The notes beneath the pieces are model-generated. The model made no database searches. It saw only the letters and a program-made list of their open reading frames with translations, and was not told the DNA's origin. This document shows positions 1 through 6,748 of a stretch of DNA of 11,289 nt, one piece after another. The first letter of the stretch is position 1, and every line of letters starts with the position of its first letter. Both the position numbers and the translations under genes were made by a program. Origin of the DNA: Candidatus Izemoplasmatales bacterium (GTDB lineage Bacteria; Bacillota_I; Bacilli_A; Izemoplasmatales; Hujiaoplasmataceae); contig JBFXGX010000040.1 of the NCBI GenBank assembly GCA_050177605.1, positions 1 to 11,289 of the forward strand. Reading direction: 5' to 3'.

Positions 1-347
1 TGGTGGAGCTGGGGGGATTTGAACCCCCGTCCAAAATAGCCAATCATTTGACTTTCTACATGCTTAGTCTTGTGATTTGTTTCACCACCCGGCTGTCACA
101 ATCCAACCACTCCAGATGATTATCCCTACTGAATTCGTCTATTTTGCTTATGGATGCAGCGAATAAACTATCTCACTAAGCTGAAGTATTATAAGATCCG
201 TGAGCTGATCAAATAATACCCGCTACTTCTTCTTAAGCAGCGTAAGCGTAATTTTGGTTTCCAGTTAAATTTACTGGTACATTTTTAGATCTGCCGATCG
301 CATGCTTATCAAACTCGTACTATCCTGTCGAATCCAAAAACAGCCCC
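1..347 (-). ncRNA. ssrA: tmRNA (transfer-messenger RNA)
   Basis: Minus strand starts GGGGCTGTTTTTGGATTCGACAGG (347) and ends GGACGGGGGTTCAAATCCCCCCAGCTCCACCA (1). It has an Ala-type acceptor stem GGGGCTG/CAGCTCC with a G3-U pair, a T-arm, an encoded CCA, a GCATG/CATGT helix, an internal tag ORF, and lies directly downstream of smpB. Confidence 0.97.
233..262 (-). other. tmRNA proteolysis tag reading frame, (A)GNQNYAYAA*
   Basis: The upstream motif TTAACT is followed by GGA AAC CAA AAT TAC GCT TAC GCT GCT TAA. The TAACT-G resume context and Ala-Ala C-terminus are typical of ssrA tags. Confidence 0.85.
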
Positions 348-354
348 ATGTGTG

Positions 355-804
355 CTATCTCGTAAACTCTTTAGTGATTTTTTCAAGACGGCGTTTGGTA
401 TCTTCTTCTTTTTTTGTTTCGCGTTTATCATAAAGTTTCTTTCCTTTACATAAGGCAAGTTCTACTTTACATAATCCTTCTTTCAAGTACACTTTAGAAG
501 GAATTAAGGTGAGCCCATCCGTTTTTAATTTTTGCGCTAATCGGATGATATCTCTTTTTTCCATCAAAAGTTTTCTTTCTCTTGTTTCTAAATGGTTAAA
601 GATGTTTCCATAATCATATTTTGAGATATGCATATTGGTAATAAATAACTCAAAATTTTTGATTCTTGCATAAGCCTCCGCAATAGATACTTTCCCGAGT
701 CTTATCGATTTGATTTCAGTTCCAGTGAGGACGATACCACATTCATAAGTATCCAGAATGAAGTATTCATGCGTTATTTTTTTATTGTTTGTAATAATCT
801 TCAT
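355..804 (-). CDS. smpB: SsrA-binding protein SmpB
   Basis: Motifs NKK..HEYFILDTYECGIVLTGTEIKSIR, RERKLL and GKKLYDKRE. SD AAGGAG lies upstream of the ATG and the gene is adjacent to ssrA. Confidence 0.97.
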   Translation of the reverse strand: MKIITNNKKITHEYFILDTYECGIVLTGTEIKSIRLGKVSIAEAYARIKNFELFITNMHISKYDYGNIFNHLETRERKLLMEKRDIIRLAQKLKTDGLTLIPSKVYLKEGLCKVELALCKGKKLYDKRETKKEEDTKRRLEKITKEFTR

Positions 805-817
805 TCTAAACTCCTTC

Positions 818-2905
818 CTAGACTAATTCAAAATCAATTCGTCCAAGACTTCTACTGACACTGACTACCTTGATACGGACAACCATACCAATAGTATACT
901 CTATTCTTGAAGAAATGCCAAGATAGATCATCTTGTCTTCTAAGAATTCAATGGTTTCTTTAAAAGATGAAATGTGGACTAAACCTTCGACAGTATTTGG
1001 AAGTTCGATGAACATTCCAAATCGTGTTAAAGAAGAAATGACTCCTTCAAATTCTTCTCCTATGTGTCCTTCCATGTATTCAGCTTTTTTAATATCCACA
1101 ACTTCACGTTCCGCAATCATTGCGTTTCGTTCAGTAAGCGATGTTTGTTTACCAATTTCTGGCAGTTCATCCATTTTTTCATTAATAGAAAAGGTATCTT
1201 GTTTATTCAAGAACAAATAATCTCTGATATAGCGATGAACGATTAAATCAGGATATCTTCTAATCGGACTGGTAAAATGCGTGTAATCATCAAATGCGAG
1301 CCCATAGTGACCGATATTATCCTCACTGTATTTAGCTTTTGCCATCGCACGTAACATGAGTGTGTTAAATACTTTTTCGTATTTCGTATTTTCAACTTTC
1401 GATAGTAAAGCTTGTAAGTCGATATGAGTAATCGGATTGGGTACGTTTGGAATATAATGTAATTCCTTAGCCATAATAAATAGATTCTCAAGTTTTTGTG
1501 GGTCTGGATTTTCGTGAATTCGGTAGATGAATGGTAGATCTAGATTGTAAAAATGAGACGCAATCACTTGATTAGCAACGAGCATAAACTCTTCAATAAT
1601 GCCCTCGCTGATTCCTCGTTGTTTGATGATAATCTCTTTTACCATACCCTCTTCATCGAAAACCATTTTTGGTTCAATTGTCTCAAAGTTAATTGAGCCC
1701 ATTTCAAATCTAACTTTAGAAAGAATATTGGCAAGTTCATTCATCACTTGGATTGAAGGTACAATGTCTTGATATTTGTTTATTGTTTCCTCATTAGATG
1801 CCAATATTTTATTCACATTGTTATAAGTCATTTGATAACGACTCTTGATAATTGATGGATAGATATCATAATGAACGACTTCACCTTTATCAGTGATTTC
1901 CATCGCACAAGTGATAGCGAATCGGTCAACTTGAGGATTCAAAGAACAGATACCATTGGATAATTCTTTTGGTAACATTGGTACGACTTGATTAGGAAAA
2001 TAGACACTTGTACCTCTTAAATAGGCTTCCTCATCTAAAGGGCTTCCCTTGGTCACATAATAGGAGACATCCGCAATATGTACACCAAGAAGGAAAGTGC
2101 CATCTTTGGTCTTTTTAACAGAAATTGCATCATCGATATCTCTCGTGTCATCGCCATCGATTGTGAAGATAATATCATTGCGTAAATCCATTCTTCCTTT
2201 TATGTTTTCTTTTTCAATGGTGCTAGGCATCATGGATGCTTGTTTCAAAACTTCTTCAGGGAAAACATAACGAATGTCATGCGACTCCAACACTTCAATC
2301 GTATCCATTTCAGGACTGGATGCATTTCCTAAAACTTTTAAAACTTCGACATCAAAACTACTAGGACTTGTTGCTTTGATAACCTTAGCCTTAACAATCG
2401 TATGGTCTTTCAACGTTAGTTCGTTATTTTTCTTTACTTTAAATAATAACTGATGAGGATTTTGTTTGATAAAAACCGCACCTTGATAGTATTCACCAAC
2501 GATGGTGTCATAATATCTTTTTAATACTTTAACGATTTCACCTTCGAAACGAACACCATATTTCTCTTTTGAAATACGGACAAGACAATAGTCTTTATCC
2601 ATTGCTGTGTTCATTTTACTTGCGGGAATAAAGATGTCAGGATGATTATCACCATCGACTTGAATGAATCCATACCCAGCTTGTTTTAAGTCTAAAGTTC
2701 CTTTTAAGAAACCCATATTGTCAGTTAATTGATACTGGTTCTTTTTGTTTTTTGCGATGAATCCTTCTTTTTCGAGTTCAAATAAGGCTTTGGTTAAAGA
2801 AGCGAAAGCATAGCCTTCACTTTTCGAAAGTTGTTTTGCAAGAGAGTAGGTATCACTCGCACGATAACTTTTCTCTTTCATTAATTTTAAAATTGCTTCT
2901 TTCAC
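818..2905 (-). CDS. rnr: Ribonuclease R (RNase II/R family 3'-5' exoribonuclease)
   Basis: Cold-shock motif GYGFI..DIFIP, catalytic motif FTIDGDDTRDIDDAIS, LGVHIADVS, YTHFTSPIRRYPDLIVHR and a C-terminal S1 domain, in secG-rnr-smpB synteny. I set the start at GTG 2905 because AGGGGTG sits 6 nt upstream as an SD; the ORF-track GTG at 2914 lies inside that SD. Confidence 0.95.
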   Translation of the reverse strand: MKEAILKLMKEKSYRASDTYSLAKQLSKSEGYAFASLTKALFELEKEGFIAKNKKNQYQLTDNMGFLKGTLDLKQAGYGFIQVDGDNHPDIFIPASKMNTAMDKDYCLVRISKEKYGVRFEGEIVKVLKRYYDTIVGEYYQGAVFIKQNPHQLLFKVKKNNELTLKDHTIVKAKVIKATSPSSFDVEVLKVLGNASSPEMDTIEVLESHDIRYVFPEEVLKQASMMPSTIEKENIKGRMDLRNDIIFTIDGDDTRDIDDAISVKKTKDGTFLLGVHIADVSYYVTKGSPLDEEAYLRGTSVYFPNQVVPMLPKELSNGICSLNPQVDRFAITCAMEITDKGEVVHYDIYPSIIKSRYQMTYNNVNKILASNEETINKYQDIVPSIQVMNELANILSKVRFEMGSINFETIEPKMVFDEEGMVKEIIIKQRGISEGIIEEFMLVANQVIASHFYNLDLPFIYRIHENPDPQKLENLFIMAKELHYIPNVPNPITHIDLQALLSKVENTKYEKVFNTLMLRAMAKAKYSEDNIGHYGLAFDDYTHFTSPIRRYPDLIVHRYIRDYLFLNKQDTFSINEKMDELPEIGKQTSLTERNAMIAEREVVDIKKAEYMEGHIGEEFEGVISSLTRFGMFIELPNTVEGLVHISSFKETIEFLEDKMIYLGISSRIEYTIGMVVRIKVVSVSRSLGRIDFELV

Positions 2906-2925
2906 TTTTTTCACCCCTTATATCG

Positions 2926-2955
2926 AAAAAAAAAGAACACATGGTTATGTGTTCT
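2926..2955 (-). terminator. Putative intrinsic terminator between secG and rnr
   Basis: Minus strand reads AGAACACAT-AACC-ATGTGTTCT continuing into a T9 run (2934..2926), overlapping the secG stop codon. Confidence 0.7.
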
Positions 2956-3175
2956 ATCGAATCAATGCAAGAATTGTCACTATCACAAAAACGACACTCA
3001 TACCCATTGTTAATCTAGCTAATAATAACTCTGGACCACGTTGTTTTTGATTTTTAAATAAATCTGATTTTTCACCAGAAAATGTATTTTTGACATCATC
3101 TTTAGACTCTTGAATCATAACTAATGCAATTAATAATACAGATACGATCAATAATAACCAATCTAAGAAACCCAT
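2954..3175 (-). CDS. secG: Preprotein translocase subunit SecG
   Basis: 73 aa with two hydrophobic helices, LVMIQESK and FSG...LF...KQRG.E..L.RLT motifs. SD GGAGGT; lies between eno and rnr. Confidence 0.93.
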   Translation of the reverse strand: MGFLDWLLLIVSVLLIALVMIQESKDDVKNTFSGEKSDLFKNQKQRGPELLLARLTMGMSVVFVIVTILALIR

Positions 3176-3230
3176 GATTTACCTCCATAAAATTTACTAC
3201 ACGAAACGACTTCTTTATTCGTACTTTATT

Positions 3231-3239
3231 ATTATAACA
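3231..3239 (-). promoter_or_regulatory. Extended -10 promoter element (TGTTATAAT) for secG
   Basis: Perfect TGnTATAAT 55 nt upstream of the secG ATG. The -35 position falls inside the eno terminator hairpin and matches TTGACA poorly. Confidence 0.65.
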
Positions 3240-3240
3240 T

Positions 3241-3279
3241 AAAAACATGCTTTTGGAAGAGCCAAAAGCATGTTTTTTT
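3241..3279 (-). terminator. Intrinsic terminator after eno (symmetric, potentially bidirectional)
   Basis: Perfect 16-bp inverted repeat AAAAACATGCTTTTGG-AAGAG-CCAAAAGCATGTTTTT with T tracts on both strands, about 12 nt after the eno stop. Confidence 0.85.
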
Positions 3280-3291
3280 CGTGTTGTTTAA

Positions 3292-4620
<1,329 letters not shown>

Positions 4621-4635
4621 TTAATTGCTTTTTAA

Positions 4636-5091
4636 TTAACGAAGGGTTTGTTGGACACCAACATAAGTTCCAACAATGAAAATAAGTAGTGATAATAAAT
4701 AATTAAGTATACCCATTGAGAGTCCGGTAACAGGATTGAGTCCTAACCAAAAACTTTCTAAATATACGAGTGGATTAAAGAATACGGATGTATCCATCAT
4801 CGAATAGCCGTGATAGACAAGAACTAATATTGTATCCATAATTATATACGAAATGACGATAAACAAACCAGCAATAATGCTATAAACAAGATGCGGTCCA
4901 TTCACCACTTTACTCGTCGTTCTTCCAATCAAGTAAGCCACTCCAAAAAAGAAGATGGATTCAAGAGATATTCCGATATTCTTGACAAAGAAATAATTAA
5001 AGAAACCAGATACTATTCCACCAATAAGTGCAATCAGTAAGGAATAAAGAATCGCATAGATGACTGAATCTACTTTAATTCTACTATTCAT
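4636..5091 (-). CDS. Hypothetical integral membrane protein (about 4 TM helices)
   Basis: 151-aa ORF with four hydrophobic segments that fills the gpmI-eno gap on the same strand. Its ATG overlaps the end of gpmI by 8 nt (ATGAATAG). No family recognised. Confidence 0.75.
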   Translation of the reverse strand: MNSRIKVDSVIYAILYSLLIALIGGIVSGFFNYFFVKNIGISLESIFFFGVAYLIGRTTSKVVNGPHLVYSIIAGLFIVISYIIMDTILVLVYHGYSMMDTSVFFNPLVYLESFWLGLNPVTGLSMGILNYLLSLLIFIVGTYVGVQQTLR

Positions 5092-6607
5092 GACGAATGA
5101 TTAATGATTTGCCTTCCATTTCAGTTGGTTGATCGAGTCCCATCAGTTCAAGCATGGTTGGTGCGATGTCACCGAGGTTTCCATCTTCTCTTAAAACAAG
5201 TCCTGTTTTTGTAATAATTAGTGGAACAAGATTGGTTGTATGTGCAGTAAATGGTTGATTGTTTTCATCCAGCATCTTTTCACAGTTTCCGTGATCGGCA
5301 GTGATAATACATACTCCGCCAAGTTCAAGTGTTTTATCGACAACTCTTCCTACACATTCATCAACAGTCTCTACAGCTTTTACAGCAGCAGGAATGACGC
5401 CAGTATGACCGACCATATCACCATTGGCAAAATTAAGGATCACGGTATCGTAATTTCTTGTTTCAAGCTCTTCAATCACTTGATCAGTAACAAGATATGC
5501 ACTCATTTCTGGTTGTAAATCATAGGTCGCTACTTTTGGAGAAGGAATCAATACACGTTTTGCGCCTTTAATTTCTTTATCGATTCCACCATCGAAAAAG
5601 AAAGTAACATGAGCATATTTTTCTGTTTCTGCAATTCTTAATTGTGTTAATCCAAGACTAGAAACATAATCGCCAAACGTATTGGATAAATCGTTTAATT
5701 GATAAGCAATTTCGCCTTTCACTGAATCCGCATATTTCATCGTGGATACGAAGAAAATATTTTCTGGTCCACCCACAGTATTCAGTAAAGGAGCTGCTTC
5801 TTTATTTGAATACGCTGTACCGATTTGAATAGCACGGTCAGGTCGGAAGTTCATAAAGATAATTGCATCATTTGAAGTAATTAATCCTTCATCTAATACG
5901 ACGAATGGTTTCACGAACTCATCAAATACATTTTGCTTGTAGGATGCTTCAATTCCTTCGGTGGCACTTTCAAAATGAGGTGCCTTTCCAAAAGACATTG
6001 CATCATAAGCGATTTGGATACGATCCCAGTTCTTATCCCGATCCATCGCATAATAACGACCAGAAACAGTAGCGATTTTTCCAAAAGAAATCGAAGCAAA
6101 ATGATCTTCTAGTTCTTTCACAAATCCTTTGCCACTAGCTGGAGGTGTATCTCTTCCATCTAAGAATGCATGGAAATAAATTTTTTCAACACCATGTTTT
6201 TTCGCATTGTTAAACATCTCTTTGATATGACGGATATGCGAATGGACCCCTCCGTCACTCAGTAAAGCAAATACATGTAATTTTGATTGTTTTTCTTTCG
6301 TATACTCAAAAGCATGTAAATAAGCTTTGTTCTCATAAAAAGAACCATCTTTAATTGAAACATTAATTCGTGTAAGTGATTGATATACAATTCGACCAGC
6401 GCCAAGATTCATATGTCCAACTTCACTATTTCCCATTTGTCCTTCCGGTAATCCAACGGCTTCTCCAGAAGCATCTAGGACAGTATGAGGAAATTCCTTT
6501 GTTAACAAATCTAAATGCGGTTTCTTTGCTTGGGCAAATGCATTGCCATTGGAAGCTTCTCCATAGGCTACACCGTCCATCACAATCAGTACGACAGGTT
6601 TTTTCAT
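5084..6607 (-). CDS. gpmI: 2,3-bisphosphoglycerate-independent phosphoglycerate mutase
   Basis: PVVLIVMDG, GLPEGQMGNSEVGHMNLGAGR, SDGGVHSH, GRYYAMDRD, AETEKYAHVTFFF, NFANGDMVGHTG and TADHGN. I set the start at ATG 6607 (MKKPVV), which has SD GAGGTG 5 nt upstream. Confidence 0.97.
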   Translation of the reverse strand: MKKPVVLIVMDGVAYGEASNGNAFAQAKKPHLDLLTKEFPHTVLDASGEAVGLPEGQMGNSEVGHMNLGAGRIVYQSLTRINVSIKDGSFYENKAYLHAFEYTKEKQSKLHVFALLSDGGVHSHIRHIKEMFNNAKKHGVEKIYFHAFLDGRDTPPASGKGFVKELEDHFASISFGKIATVSGRYYAMDRDKNWDRIQIAYDAMSFGKAPHFESATEGIEASYKQNVFDEFVKPFVVLDEGLITSNDAIIFMNFRPDRAIQIGTAYSNKEAAPLLNTVGGPENIFFVSTMKYADSVKGEIAYQLNDLSNTFGDYVSSLGLTQLRIAETEKYAHVTFFFDGGIDKEIKGAKRVLIPSPKVATYDLQPEMSAYLVTDQVIEELETRNYDTVILNFANGDMVGHTGVIPAAVKAVETVDECVGRVVDKTLELGGVCIITADHGNCEKMLDENNQPFTAHTTNLVPLIITKTGLVLREDGNLGDIAPTMLELMGLDQPTEMEGKSLIIRHE

Positions 6608-6629
6608 TTTTTCACCTCTACATTTCATT

Positions 6630-6658
6630 ATTATACTATATTTATGTGTCTTTTTAAA
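6630..6658 (-). promoter_or_regulatory. Putative sigma-70/SigA promoter for gpmI-hyp-eno
   Basis: TATAAT at 6635..6630 and a TTTAAA -35 candidate at 6658..6653 with a 17-nt spacer. Confidence 0.6.
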
Positions 6659-6673
6659 GAAATTTCATTTCTT

Positions 6674-6687
6674 TGTAAACATTTACA
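6674..6687. promoter_or_regulatory. LacI-family/cre-like operator candidate TGTAAACATTTACA
   Basis: TGTAAA-N2-TTTACA dyad, one base from the symmetric TGTAAACGTTTACA LacI/CcpA-type site, lying between divergent carbohydrate-metabolism genes. Confidence 0.5.
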
Positions 6688-6722
6688 CATTACATTTTAC
6701 TAGATAAAAAACATACTGAATT

Positions 6723-6731
6723 TGATATAAT
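6723..6731 (+). promoter_or_regulatory. Extended -10 promoter element (TGATATAAT) for the GH13 gene
   Basis: Perfect TGnTATAAT just upstream of SD GAGGTG (6738-6743) and ATG 6749. No good -35 at 17 nt. Confidence 0.65.
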
Positions 6732-6748
6732 AGAAGCGAGGTGAAAAT

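Noticed and set aside
1..32. tRNA-like T-arm and CCA as a separate tRNA gene
   Set aside because: There is no anticodon arm; it pairs with 341-347 as the tRNA-like domain of tmRNA.
360..387. Possible ssrA promoter inside smpB (TTGAAA-N16-TACGAG)
   Set aside because: The -10 match is poor and lacks the final T; not supportable from sequence alone.
933..1491. ORFs 933..1220 (+), 1064..1246 (+) and 1243..1491 (-)
   Set aside because: Antisense or off-frame shadows inside rnr with no recognisable motifs.
2836..3018. 60-aa plus-strand ORF
   Set aside because: Antisense to both rnr and secG and crosses the terminator; no coding support.
6608..6628. gpmI start at 6628 (MKCRGEK)
   Set aside because: That ATG is 1 nt from the -10 box and upstream of the SD GAGGTG; ATG 6607 fits better.
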